Positions 52,524 through 63,135 of a stretch of DNA of 64,000 nucleotides are shown here, in pieces (the stretch's first letter is position 1; each line of letters begins with the position of its first letter). The translations under genes were made by a program, and so were the position numbers. The notes under the pieces are model-generated. The model did no database searches and was not told where the DNA came from. It saw only the letters and a list, made by a program, of their open reading frames with translations. The stretch is from an uncultured Thermoleophilia bacterium (GTDB lineage: Bacteria; Actinomycetota; Thermoleophilia; UBA2241). The stretch covers positions 837 through 64,836 of the forward strand of contig CAVQSP010000012.1 in the NCBI GenBank assembly GCA_963715985.1. The letters run 5' to 3'.

Positions 52524-52730
52524 CTAGGAGACGACCCGGACGTTCGTCGCCTGCGGCTTGTTGTTCTTGCCGGTGCCCGTGTCGAACGTGACGGCCTGAC
52601 CCTCGTCGAGGGACTTGAAGCCCTCGCTCTGGATCTCCGAGAAGTGGACGAACAAGTCGTCACCATCAGCCTGCTCGATGAATCCGTAACCCTTGTCCGC
52701 GTTGAACCACTTCACTTTGCCTTGTGCCAT
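52524..52730 (-). CDS. cspA: Cold-shock protein (CspA family)
   Basis: [49 protein letters not shown].. carries the RNP1 (KGYGFI) and RNP2 (VFVHF-like) motifs. The rest of ORF 52524..52898 is 5' leader. Confidence 0.92.
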   Translation of the reverse strand: MAQGKVKWFNADKGYGFIEQADGDDLFVHFSEIQSEGFKSLDEGQAVTFDTGTGKNNKPQATNVRVVS

Positions 52731-53099
52731 GCTTATCAATCCTTTCGCCCTCACGGGGCAAAACAAAACGACGTGACTTCCGCCGAAGAAATGCGGTGTG
52801 TCACGTCGCAATCCTGCGGGCCCACTCGACCCATGCACAGTCATCTTAGCACAGACCTGCCCGCGGCGCTCGAGACGGGAGCGGACGTCGCCGCTCAAAG
52901 GCGTGCGCCGGGGGCCCGCATGGCTTCGGCACCCCGACGCTGCTACACTGGATGCCTCGCATCGCCCGTCGCCCGACGTCCCCAGTCTGCTTGTACAGGC
53001 GCCCTGCCACCCGCGGCGAGAGGCCCGCGCCCGCGCGCCGGCATCACCACCGCGGTGGCCATCTCCTTGGCCCGCGTACCACGAACCGCAGGAGTCAGC

Positions 53100-54218
<1,119 letters not shown>

Positions 54219-54253
54219 GGGACCGCGCGGTGCGGCCGAGCCCGCGCTGAGCC

Positions 54254-54592
54254 TCAGGCAGCGGCCAGTTCCGTGGCGACCGTCGCAAGAAGGTCGAGGC
54301 CGGCGGCATACTGCGCCACGCCGCCGTGTGACCGGCTGTCGAACGGCTGGCTGCGCCAGTAGCGCGCGACCAGCCCGCGCGCCACGCCGTCGCTCACGTA
54401 CTCCATCTGAAGGAGCGCGCGGGACCCTGAGACGGGTACGCTGGACGACCTGGAGACGCGGGGGCAGACGACGGTGGTCATCTCGAACAGGCGCCCGCGG
54501 TAGAGCAACTCGCGGATGCCGGGCGCCGCTATGCAGCGCGTGTGATCGTCGTCGGGGATTCCTTCGGAGTCGTTCTGCCAGTGCCAGAGCAT
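54254..54592 (-). CDS. Hypothetical protein P1 (112 aa), paralog of 54672..55181
   Basis: MLWHWQNDSEGIPDDDHTRCIAAPGIRELLYRGRLFEMTT.. aligns with P2 (WVWANDPDDLPDDDHARCIAAPGERVLARGAQLFTLTT..). RBS GAGGAG lies upstream. No family was recognised. Confidence 0.55.
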   Translation of the reverse strand: MLWHWQNDSEGIPDDDHTRCIAAPGIRELLYRGRLFEMTTVVCPRVSRSSSVPVSGSRALLQMEYVSDGVARGLVARYWRSQPFDSRSHGGVAQYAAGLDLLATVATELAAA

Positions 54593-54665
54593 GTCTGCAC
54601 TCCTCTTGTCGGGCTTGGGCCAGCGTGCCGTCGAGAGAAGCCGCGTCGGTCTTGCTGTCTGAGTG
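54593..54665 (-). promoter_or_regulatory. Conserved 5' leader of P1 (core 54614..54645)
   Basis: The core cttgggccagcgtgccgtcgagAgaagccgcg is almost identical to 55202..55235 upstream of P2. A TACACT (-10-like) lies upstream. Confidence 0.35.
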
Positions 54666-54671
54666 TACCCG

Positions 54672-55181
54672 CTAGCGGAGGTCGTCACCGCAGCCGATCG
54701 TGAGTGGCAGCAAAGAGGGGCGGGGGGCACGGCGTGCGTGTCCGGCCGGGCGCCTTCCGGCCGGTCGCGGAGTCTGCTCCGGGAAGTCACCCGCGACGCG
54801 CACGGGTGACATGGTCGTGCGGGCATCCGCCGAGCCGGCGGCCATCGCACGCTCCATGCTCGCGAACAGGGCGAGGCCGGCCGCTTGCTGGGCCTCGCCG
54901 CCGCGCGACCCGTCGTCGAAGCGATCGCTGCCCCAGGACTCCTGCGCCAGCCCCCTCGCCCAGTCGACGCCGCGATACTCGATATGCAGCGTCGAGAAGG
55001 CCCCGCCCGCACACCCGGCGTGCGAGTCGGAGAGGTGGAGGCAGGGACGCGTCGTCAGCGTGAACAGCTGCGCGCCGCGGGCGAGGACACGCTCACCGGG
55101 CGCGGCGATGCAGCGTGCATGATCGTCATCGGGGAGGTCGTCGGGATCGTTCGCCCACACCCACTGCAACGGGACCTTCAC
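54672..55181 (-). CDS. Hypothetical protein P2 (169 aa ORF; the last ~50 aa are low-complexity and may be read-through)
   Basis: GTG 55181 follows GAGGAG. It is homologous to P1 over about 115 aa, and the ORF then continues Arg/Pro-rich up to the P1 leader. Confidence 0.5.
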   Translation of the reverse strand: MKVPLQWVWANDPDDLPDDDHARCIAAPGERVLARGAQLFTLTTRPCLHLSDSHAGCAGGAFSTLHIEYRGVDWARGLAQESWGSDRFDDGSRGGEAQQAAGLALFASMERAMAAGSADARTTMSPVRVAGDFPEQTPRPAGRRPAGHARRAPRPSLLPLTIGCGDDLR

Positions 55182-55255
55182 ACCGGCACTCCTCGCCTCG
55201 GCCTTGGGGCCAGCGTGCCGTCGAGCGAAGCCGCGCAGGTTTGACTTTCCTAGTA
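55182..55255 (-). promoter_or_regulatory. Conserved 5' leader of P2 (core 55202..55235)
   Basis: The core ccttggggccagcgtgccgtcgagCgaagccgcg pairs with the P1 leader. A TATATA (-10-like) lies upstream on the minus strand. Confidence 0.35.
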
Positions 55256-55269
55256 TATACCTCGGCGCC

Positions 55270-56005
55270 TCACGCTGCGGGCGCGGCGCCGTAGACCTCC
55301 TCGAGCATGCGCCCCATGAGCGCGCAGTTCGGCGGCGCCGTCACCGGCGAACGCCGAGCCGTGCATCGTGGCGCACACGCGCGGCTGCCAGGCAGCGAGC
55401 CGCTCGATGCGAGCCCTCGTCTGCGGGGTCCATGGGATGTACCAGTCCATCGGCGTGCCGCGCGAGCCTTCGAGCATCGCTCGCATCGCCGGGACGCGGC
55501 TCTCCGTGGTCGTCGCGGCCACATCGCCGACCTGATGCAGCAGGTCCGAGCAGAAGAGGACGCCGGCCGTCTCGTCGTAGAGGTGGCCGGCGTCCCAACC
55601 GTGCGGCAGGTGCGGCGTGGCCAGAAAGCGCAGGCGATGGGTGCCGGTCGAGAACGTCTCCGCGTCGCCGAGTCGCCGCACCGTGCGGAAGGCGAAGTCG
55701 CCGACGCTCACGAGCGCACCGGTGGCGCTGCACGCGACCTGCGCGTCCCGCGCCTCCTGCAGCCAGTAGTTCAGGGCGCCGCACTCGTCCGCCTCGAAGT
55801 GGCTGAAGGCGATCCAGCGCAGGGACCCCGGATCGACGACCGTGCCGACGGCGTCGCGTACGCGTTCGAACATGCGCCGCGTGCCCGTGTGGTACAGCAG
55901 AGGCTGCTCGTCGCGGATGAGGAACTGGCGGAACTGCAGGTCGGCCTGCGCGATGTAGGTGCAGATGCTGAAGACGTCCGGGGCTATCTCTGTGATGGTC
56001 GTCAT
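55270..56005 (-). pseudogene. Metallo-beta-lactamase-fold protein (ODP / di-iron type), 1 frame change near the 3' end
   Basis: ORF 55250..56005: ..LIRDEQPLLYHTG..IAFSHFEADECGALN..ATPHLPHGWDAGHLYDE..LFCSDL.. The C-terminal residues fit better in the 55270..55524 frame (..ELRALMGRMLEEVYGAAPAA*). Confidence 0.65.
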
Positions 56006-56035
56006 CGTGCGCTCGCTTTCTGCCGCCCGGGGTAT

Positions 56036-56302
56036 CTACGATGGCCAGTCGGACTGTTCCCCGTTGCTGCGGCAAGGCGCCGTTGACGGCGATGCCGCGA
56101 AGGCTGGCCGCGTGTGGCCGCATCCGATCGGGGCCGGCAGCGTCGCTGCGGCGATCTCGTCGATCGTCACTATCGCGCCGCTCTCCAAGGCGTCGGTCGC
56201 CCGGAGGTCACCCACCTGGGACCAGTGCACGGCCTCGATTCCTCGCGTGGCCAAGAACTCCACCCACCTCGGTGGGAGGTTCACGTCCACGACGAGCTTC
56301 AT
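56036..56302 (-). pseudogene. DUF5615-like (PIN-like, Mut7-C-type) putative toxin, C-terminal half degenerate
   Basis: MKLVVDVNLPPRWVEFLATRGIEAVHWSQVGDLRATD.. matches the family N-terminus. The downstream part does not. The ATG overlaps the DUF433 stop. Confidence 0.5.
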
Positions 56303-56538
56303 GAGGCCGTGAGCGGGAGCTCGATCTCCTCGGATCGCCAAGCCGCGTACGCAAGGGCGGCCTGGATGTCTTCCTTCTCCAGATAGGGATACGCGCGAAA
56401 GACGTCATCGAAGCTGTGGCCGGCACCCAGCAGACCCACGACAATGCCGACCGTGAGGCGCATGCCGCGTATGCAGGGTCTCCCCCCCATCACAGCCGGG
56501 TCGTGAGTTATGCGGGAAAGGACGTCTGCGGATGTCAT
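56299..56538 (-). CDS. DUF433-family protein (putative antitoxin)
   Basis: ITHDPAVMGGRPCIRGMRLTVGIVVGLLGAGHSFDDVFRAYPYLEKEDIQAALAYAAW is the canonical DUF433 pattern. Confidence 0.8.
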   Translation of the reverse strand: MTSADVLSRITHDPAVMGGRPCIRGMRLTVGIVVGLLGAGHSFDDVFRAYPYLEKEDIQAALAYAAWRSEEIELPLTAS

Positions 56539-56653
56539 GAACGTGAGCCTACTCCATGCAGCCCGGAGACGGGGTGCCGGGTCTGCAAGGCCGAACGAAC
56601 ACCCGCAGGCGGTCGCCGCGGGCTCACTTGCCGATCAGCGGTTGCGAGAAGCC

Positions 56654-57037
56654 CTAGGGAAAGTTCAGGTCTCGTTGCGCGCGGCCGAACCTTCGCAGTG
56701 CCGCCTCGACCTCGAGCCAGGCGAGCTCGCCGGCCGGCGCTCCCAGGGCGCGGGCGGCGATCGCCTCGCGGGCCTCGGCAATGCCGGGCAAGAATCGCGA
56801 GGTGGCGATGACCACGGAGAGGCAGGCGCTTGCCTCCTCGTAGACGAAGTCGAGGAGGAAGGCGACGCAGACCGCCACCGTCTCCGGCTCGAGCTCCCGG
56901 CGCGGGTAAGCTGCCTTCAGGCGGGCGACGCGGCGCCCTGCCTGATCCGGGCTCAAGGGCTCCACGTTGCCGGTGAAGGCGAGGATATCGGCGGCGGACA
57001 GGCCGCGCCGCCTTCCGTTGCCGGCCGCCGCCGGCAC
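56654..57037 (-). CDS. Hypothetical protein
   Basis: A 127-aa ORF with plausible composition and no recognisable motif. Confidence 0.3.
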   Translation of the reverse strand: MPAAAGNGRRRGLSAADILAFTGNVEPLSPDQAGRRVARLKAAYPRRELEPETVAVCVAFLLDFVYEEASACLSVVIATSRFLPGIAEAREAIAARALGAPAGELAWLEVEAALRRFGRAQRDLNFP

Positions 57038-57189
57038 GCCGCCCGCGAAGTCCAGGTAGCGGCAGTCGGGACCGACGGACTCTCATACCTTTCCTTTTCT
57101 CCCAATAGGTGACGATTAAGCCCTTCATTTCTCCTGAAGTTACGCCAGAAAAGCCTTTCCTTCTGCCTCGACTCGCCTGCGATAGGCCC

Positions 57190-58493
57190 ATGCGCAGACT
57201 CGTGGCAGAGCGGCTCCTCGCCTGGAAGAACGCGCCCGACCGTCACCCCCTGCTGGTGCGCGGCGCGCGCCAAGTGGGCAAGACCTGGTCGGTCGTCGAC
57301 TTCGGCCGAGCGCACTTCCCCGGAGCCGTCCACGTGATCGACTTCGAGCAGCGCCCCGCCGCGCGCGACTACTTCCAGGGCGATCTCGATCCGCGCAAGG
57401 TCCTATCCGGGCTGGAACTGCTGCTCGGAGCCCCGGTGAGGGCGGGCCGCGACCTCCTCTTCCTCGATGAGATCCAGGCGTGCCCACGAGCGCTGGTCGC
57501 GCTCCGCTACTTCTACGAGCAGATGCCGGAGCTGCACGTGGTCGCCGCAGGCTCCCTGGTGGAGTTCGCTTTGGCGCAGATCTCCTTCCCCGTCGGGCGC
57601 ATCGACTACTTGACCATGTGGCCCATGACCTTCGTGGAATACCTGTGGGCGATAGGTAACGAGATGATGGCCGAGGTCGTGCTCGCAGGCCCGCGCGCGC
57701 AACCCGAGACCACCCACACGCTCGTGCTCGAGGAGCTGCGCCGCTACCTCTACGCCGGCGGCATGCCGGCGGCGGTGAGCGCCTACGCTGCAGGCCTCAG
57801 TCTGCGGGCGGCCTTCGCTCGTCAGGACGCCCTGGTGCAGAGCTACCGCGATGACTTCGGCAAGTACGCATCCGAGAGCGACCAAGCGCTGCCTGGACGA
57901 AGTGCTCGTCGCCACGGCCCGCAGCGTCGGCCGGCCGGTCAAGTACGCGCGGCTGGCCCCCGGTTTCAGAAACGAGGCGATCCACGCGGCCTTCGACCTA
58001 CTGTCAAAGGCCGGCCTGCTGCGTTCGCTGCCCACCACGAGCCCGGCTGGGCTGCCACTGGCGCTCTCGGCCAACCACCGGCGCTTCAAGGCGCTGCTCC
58101 TCGACGTCGGACTGCTGCAGCGCCTCTCCGGCATGCCCGCCGACACCGAGTACGGCAAGGCGAGTCTTCTCGCTATGTACTCGGGTGCGCTGGCCGAACA
58201 GTTCGTCGGCCAGGAGCTCGTGGTTTCGCTGGGGGATCAGGTGTACTGCTGGATGCGGCCCGCAGAAGAGCAGCTCGGCCGAGGTCGACTACCTGGTCGC
58301 CTCCGACGGAAGGGTCGTCCCGATCGAGGTGAAGAGCGGGCCGTCGGGTCGTCTGCGTAGCCTGCACCTGCTGCTCGCGGAGTACCCGCGGTGTGCGCCC
58401 GGCCTCGTGCTCTCCGAAGCGCCCTACGCTGAGCTTCCGGGGCAGGGCTTGGTCTTCGTGCCCCTGTACTACGCCGGCACGCTCTTCGGCTGA
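57190..58493 (+). pseudogene. AAA+ ATPase with C-terminal DUF4143 domain, 2 frame changes
   Basis: MRRLVAERLLAWKNAPDRHPLLVRGARQVGKTW carries Walker A and LLFLDEIQ is Walker B (57109 frame). It continues ..RSVGRPVKYARLAP..FDLLSKAGLL..KALLLDVGLL (57851 frame) and ..AEVDYLVASDGRVVPIEVKSG (58185 frame). Confidence 0.75.
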
Positions 58494-58583
58494 GCGAAGC
58501 TCCGCGGGAGCATCCCACGGCCGTCGTGGGCGCGCGTGCGATCAGGCGGACTCCCTCGACGCCGATGCTCTCGAGCGGACTGG

Positions 58584-58817
58584 TCAGACGTCGCCCGCCT
58601 CCGGCTCAGCATCGCGCACCTTCGCCATGGCGCTCTCGAACTTGCCGCGATCGCCGCGAGCTGCGCGCTCCTCGAGGTAGTCGACGGTCATCAGCGCCGA
58701 CATCTTCTCAGCGAGCGCGGTGGTGATGAGCTGGTTGATGGAGATGTCCTCCGCCTTCGCGAGCTCGCGCACCTTCTTGTGGAGAGACTCCGGCAGACGC
58801 AGACTGATGGTGCTCAT
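58584..58817 (-). CDS. Ribbon-helix-helix antitoxin
   Basis: MSTISLRLPESLHKKVRELAKAEDISINQLITTALAEKM has the RHH pattern. It overlaps the PIN gene stop. Confidence 0.8.
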   Translation of the reverse strand: MSTISLRLPESLHKKVRELAKAEDISINQLITTALAEKMSALMTVDYLEERAARGDRGKFESAMAKVRDAEPEAGDV

Positions 58818-59239
58818 GTTGAACCTCCGATCCTTCTCAGAAACTCTCCGGGCGCGACGGCTGTGACGCCGAAGCGCTCAGAGCCGGCGAAATCCCGAGA
58901 GTTGAAGGTGACGACGAACTCGCATCCCGCTTCCACAGCGAGCTCGAGCACGTGGTCGTCGCCCGGGTCCCGCAAGACCGGGCGCCACAGGAAGTAGATC
59001 TGCTGGTGGTGGGCGACGCTGCACAGGTAGTCGATGATGTCGTCGACTTCCTCGTTGGAGAGGTCGGTCGCCGCCGACATGCGCTTGGCAGCGTCCTCAT
59101 ACTCGAGAACAAGCGGGACGGAAAGGGCGATCTGGAACTCCGCTCCGCCGACGAGCATCACGAGGCGGTGCGAGGCGCCCTCGGACGAGCGCAGGGCCGA
59201 GACGAACACGGTAGTGTCGATGACAATTCGAGTGCCCAT
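58814..59239 (-). CDS. PIN-domain toxin (TIGR00305-like)
   Basis: MGTRIVIDTTVFVSAL..DDIIDYL..DPGDDHVLELAVEAGCEFVVTFNSRDF carries the acidic PIN residues. The toxin precedes the antitoxin. Confidence 0.8.
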   Translation of the reverse strand: MGTRIVIDTTVFVSALRSSEGASHRLVMLVGGAEFQIALSVPLVLEYEDAAKRMSAATDLSNEEVDDIIDYLCSVAHHQQIYFLWRPVLRDPGDDHVLELAVEAGCEFVVTFNSRDFAGSERFGVTAVAPGEFLRRIGGST

Positions 59240-59314
59240 GGTGGTATTATATACGATACCGCGAAGTGAGTCGCGTGGGTGGGACGATACCATCGGGCGC
59301 TCACGACAGCGAAG

Positions 59315-60476
59315 CTAGAGCAGCGCCCCGATCAGCTCTCGCACGCGCGCCATCGACTCCTCGTTGACGTGTGAGTACGTGGCCCGCAGCACATTCGACG
59401 AGGAGTGGCCGAGGATGCGCGAGAGCTCCTCGTCGGGGATGAGCCCGCGGAGCAGGGTCGCATAGGTGTGCCGACACACGTAGGGCGACTTGTCGGCGAA
59501 TGGCATCCCGGCGAGCTCACGATTCCACGCCTGCCGGAACGCCTGCACCGTCCAGGGCCCGCCCGGCTTCTTTCGGCGGTCGAGCGAAGGGAACACGAGG
59601 CCGTTGTCCGCCCACCGCCCAGTCTTCAGGCGCAAAGCGCGCTGTTCGGCGAGGTGTCTGCCGAGCATGACGACCACGTCCGGCGGCAGCGGCACGACAC
59701 GTTGGCCGCGCTTGGTCTTCACGTTCTTGAGGTGCGCCGCCCGCTTGCCGACCTTCTCCAGCGACTGGTGGATCCGCGCCGTCTGCTTGGCGCGGTCGAC
59801 ATCGTTCCACGCAGCGCCAGCGCCTCACCAGGCCGGACGCCGGTGCCAAGCAGGAAGACGGCCACGTCCCTGACCGCGCGTCCCTTGAGGTGTCGGAGAA
59901 GGCCTCAAGAAGCGCATGGACATCGTCGGCCGTCAGCACTTCCTTCTCGGGAGTGTCGACGGACGGAACCTTGACGGCCGAGCAGGGGTTCCAGGTGATG
60001 AGTCCGTCGACCGCCGCCTGAGAGAGGATCGCGGAGAGGCGGACGGCGACCTTGCGAGCGCTCGTGCCGGACAGCCCCTTGCGCACGCGGCCGTCAGCAA
60101 GCTGCCGGTCTGCCCGGATCTCGCCGTAGAAGCGGCGCACCACGGCCGGCGTGATGTCGCTGAGGAGCAAAGTGCCGAGGCGCGGCACAATGTGGGTGTC
60201 GATAACGTAGGCCCAGTGGTCGGCCGTCTTGGGCTCTGGTCTCATGTCGCGGAGAGCGGCCTCGTACCACTCCTCGCAGTATGCGGCGAACTCGCCTTCT
60301 GCCCGGCTGACGAGCTTGCCGTTGTCGCGCCGGTGAAGAAGCTCACGCTCTACGCGTCTGGCATCGGTCTCCGTGCCGTGGACAGGCTTCGTGACGGTCG
60401 GCCGCGAGCCGTCGGGCTGGCGGGGCAGCCTGACCCTGACCTGGTGCATGTTCTTGCCGAGTCTGTGGACGCTCAT
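59315..60476 (-). pseudogene. Tyrosine recombinase / phage-type integrase, at least 2 frame changes
   Basis: The N-terminal SAM-like domain is in ORF 59517..60476. The catalytic C-terminus is in ORF 59315..59722 (..VVPLPPDVVVML..CRHTYATLL..LGHSSSNVLRATYSHV). The middle part is out of frame around 59720..59880. Confidence 0.8.
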
Positions 60477-60727
60477 GACGTCGATCGTAGTGCTTCTCGG
60501 GAGGGAGCTGCTTCAATGTAGACCCCGGGCAAGTAGGCCGATGGGAGACTATGCAGCGTCGACTCATGGCCCCTGCTGTAGAAGCGAGGTGTGCTGCCGG
60601 CTGCGCCGTCAGAAGAACAGCTGGGCCGAGGTTGAGTCTTCGTGCCCACCTACAACGCCGGCACGCTGTTCGGCCAGACCACAGGGAACAGGTTGCGAAC
60701 CACGCTCGACGACGCCTGGGAGTGTCG

Positions 60728-61033
60728 TCATGGCGCACGGTCCTCTGGGGGATCGACGAGCCGCGCGCCATGCCAAACCGCCACGATCCACATCGTGTCT
60801 GCCTTCACCTGGTAGAAGAACCGATACGGCACCACGATGACCTCGCGGATGGGGAGGGCTGGATACTCCGGCAGGGTGCGTCCGGAATCCGGGAAGTCGC
60901 GCAACCTGGACAGCGTGTTCAGAGCCTTGTCCCTGAAGGCGACCGCCGCCGCCGGGCTGTCCGCGCCGATGTGCGTGATGATGGCGAGGAACTCGGCGTC
61001 CGCCGCCGGCGTGAACCTGACGCGCAAGCTCAC
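60728..61033 (-). CDS. ParE/RelE-family type II toxin
   Basis: FTPAADAEFLAIITHI..FPDSGR..REVIVVPYRFFYQV..WIVAVWHGAR. Confidence 0.8.
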   Translation of the reverse strand: MSLRVRFTPAADAEFLAIITHIGADSPAAAVAFRDKALNTLSRLRDFPDSGRTLPEYPALPIREVIVVPYRFFYQVKADTMWIVAVWHGARLVDPPEDRAP

Positions 61034-61305
61034 ATCTCGCTCAGAAGCTCGTCGGCGTCGGCGAACACCGCGTCCATGTCGCGGCCGACGCCGGCCTCGA
61101 TCTCTGCTGTTCCGCGGGCGAGGAGCTGCAGGATCTGGAGCTCGTGCTGCGTGCGCTCATAGGTCTGTGCGTCCACCATGACCGCGGTCGGTCGGCCGTG
61201 TTGCGTGATGAATACCGGTTCGTGCGAGCGCGCTGCACGCTCGATAACGCCCGCCGTGTCACGGCGCAGATCCGAGACGGGGATGATAGTGGGCATTCCG
61301 TTCAT
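61030..61305 (-). CDS. Phd/YefM-family antitoxin
   Basis: IPVSDLRRDTAGVIERAARSHEPVFITQHGRPTAVMVDAQTYE. It overlaps the toxin start. Confidence 0.85.
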   Translation of the reverse strand: MNGMPTIIPVSDLRRDTAGVIERAARSHEPVFITQHGRPTAVMVDAQTYERTQHELQILQLLARGTAEIEAGVGRDMDAVFADADELLSEM

Positions 61306-61605
61306 GTATGGTACCTCCTAGAGTACCGTCTATGATACCACGAAAGGGGGATTCCAGGAGGCGCGCACTCGGTTCGTGAAGCGCTCGTCGCCGTCTTGGA
61401 GTCTGCTGCCTGAGCCCGCGGCCCGGTTCGGTCGCCTGCCCTCCGGCCCGCCGGCACTGCTCGTGGCTAGGAGCTCCACCCACGTCGGGGGCAAGTTCAC
61501 GTGCCTGCAAGGCAGCCAAGGCGCCCGGCCTCATCGACGCTCGCGGGCTGCCCGTGCATGGCGCAAGCTTTCCCCGGTGGGTAGGATGGACGCAGAGGTA
61601 AGGAC

Positions 61606-61914
61606 ATGGTCGCCGTCGTCGAGGACAAGCGCGAGGCAATCGCGGCCCTGTGCCGCAAGTACGCTGTCGTGCGCCTCTTCGTCTTCGGTTCAGCACTGCG
61701 CGACGACTTCCGCCCCGGCGAGAGCGACGTCGACCTGCTCGTGGAGTTCGGCCCGATGGGCGGACACGCCAAGGCGCACGCCTACTTCGATCTGCTCGAC
61801 GAGCTGAGCGCGCTGCTCGGCACCCGCGTCGACCTCGTCATGGCTGGCGCCGTGAAGAACCGCTACATCGCTCGCGACATCGAGCGCACCAAGCGGGAGC
61901 TCTATGCCGCGTAG
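61606..61914 (+). CDS. Nucleotidyltransferase (MNT) antitoxin of a HEPN-MNT pair
   Basis: LFVFGSALRDDFRPGESDVDLLVEF carries the GS..D.D NTase motif. Confidence 0.85.
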   Translation: MVAVVEDKREAIAALCRKYAVVRLFVFGSALRDDFRPGESDVDLLVEFGPMGGHAKAHAYFDLLDELSALLGTRVDLVMAGAVKNRYIARDIERTKRELYAA

Positions 61915-62257
61915 CCTCGCTGCGTACTTGGCCGACATCGTCGATGCGTGCGACGCAGTCGAGGCGGTGCTCGCCGGCGTCGACCTCACGGCCTACCAGG
62001 AGACGCGCTCGATACGCTCGTCGGTCGAACGCGAGTTCATCCTCGTCGGCGAGGCGGTCGCGGCGATCCGTCGCCTGGATCCGCAGGCAGCCCAAGGCAT
62101 CTCTCACGCCCGCAAGATCGTGGGCTTCCGCAACCTGCTCGCACACGAGTACGCCGCCGTCGACGACGAGACGGTGTTCGGGTTTGCGACCGATGACCTG
62201 CCGTCGCTGCGCCGCGAGAGCGCCGCCCTGCTTGACCGCGTCGAGAGCGGCGACTAG
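61904..62257 (+). CDS. HEPN (DUF86) toxin
   Basis: The R-x4-H motif is in GFRNLLAHEY. It overlaps the MNT gene. Confidence 0.85.
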   Translation: MPRSLAAYLADIVDACDAVEAVLAGVDLTAYQETRSIRSSVEREFILVGEAVAAIRRLDPQAAQGISHARKIVGFRNLLAHEYAAVDDETVFGFATDDLPSLRRESAALLDRVESGD

Positions 62258-62385
62258 CCGCGGGTGCGACGCTTACGGTGGATGCCGCCCTTGAGGGTTG
62301 CCGCGGCTGGGGCCGTGACGAGGACTACGGGAACTCCGTGGCGAGAAGCAACCCGCTGAGGCCGCAGCAGGCGGCGGTGTTCTTG

Positions 62386-62460
62386 TGGTGGGCGATGCTG
62401 GATTTGAACCAGCGACTCCCTGCTTGTAAGGCAGGTGCTCTACCCCTGAGCTAATCGCCC
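62386..62460 (-). tRNA. tRNA-Val (anticodon UAC), CCA encoded
   Basis: The minus strand reads GGGCGATTAGCTCAGGGGTAGAGCACCTGCCTTACAAGCAGGGAGTCGCTGGTTCAAATCCAGCATCGCCCACCA. The anticodon loop is CTTACAA. Confidence 0.9.
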
Positions 62461-62728
62461 GTGGATGGGTAGTATACGCCGCTCCGTAGGCGCGGAGGGC
62501 GGGCTGCTCCGCCGTCCGCCCTCCGCGACAGCCTTGTGACACAGCCTCAGGTATCATCGCTTCGAGGACACAGGGCACGGTGCCGGGAGGGTACGCCGTG
62601 GGTTCCGCGTCAACCGGGAGGTCGGCATGAACTGCTGATGGTGATGGGGTCGCCGGTGGAGATCGGGAGGAGGGGTGCGCTCCCTTTGCAGACGGTGCGC
62701 CGCCTAGCCGCCGGGCAGCGGAGGGGCC

Positions 62729-63052
62729 ATGCTGATCGCGACCTTCGGGCCGACCACCGCGTGGGTGGGCACGCGGATCACACATGAAGGCGGCAGCTTC
62801 ATGCTTGAGGGGCACGGGCCGATCTCGGCCGCCGACATCATGGAGTACGACCGGCAGGGTCACCTGCTGTGGGTGGACGCTGGGACCCGCGCGTGGGTGG
62901 GGTCCAAGGCCCAGGCTTCTGCGGCGGCGCGGCGGGTCACAGCGGCTCCGGCTCGCGAGACGAGCGAGGCACGCGATGCAGCGAAGGATCCGGGCAGTCA
63001 GGCAGCGACGCGCCCACGGTCGCGCTTGAAGCTCGCACTGTGGGTCGCATAG
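62729..63052 (+). CDS. Hypothetical protein; a possible C-terminal TM anchor lies in another frame
   Basis: The 107-aa ORF has a plausible N-terminal half. The overlapping frame 62869..63117 ends in VGRIAVLAIASTSMLLILLGVFRGP*, which suggests a frame change. Confidence 0.35.
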   Translation: MLIATFGPTTAWVGTRITHEGGSFMLEGHGPISAADIMEYDRQGHLLWVDAGTRAWVGSKAQASAAARRVTAAPARETSEARDAAKDPGSQAATRPRSRLKLALWVA

Positions 63053-63135
63053 CCGTGCTGGCCATCGCCAGCACGAGTATGCTGCTCATCCTTCTGGGCG
63101 TCTTCCGCGGGCCCTGACGAAGGCGCCGCGCCCCT

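Noticed and set aside
56036-62460. A direct repeat of the tRNA-Val 3' end marking the distal att site of the island
   Set aside because: I found no second copy of ggttcaaatccagcatcgccca or its complement by eye, so the island boundary is left undefined rather than guessed.
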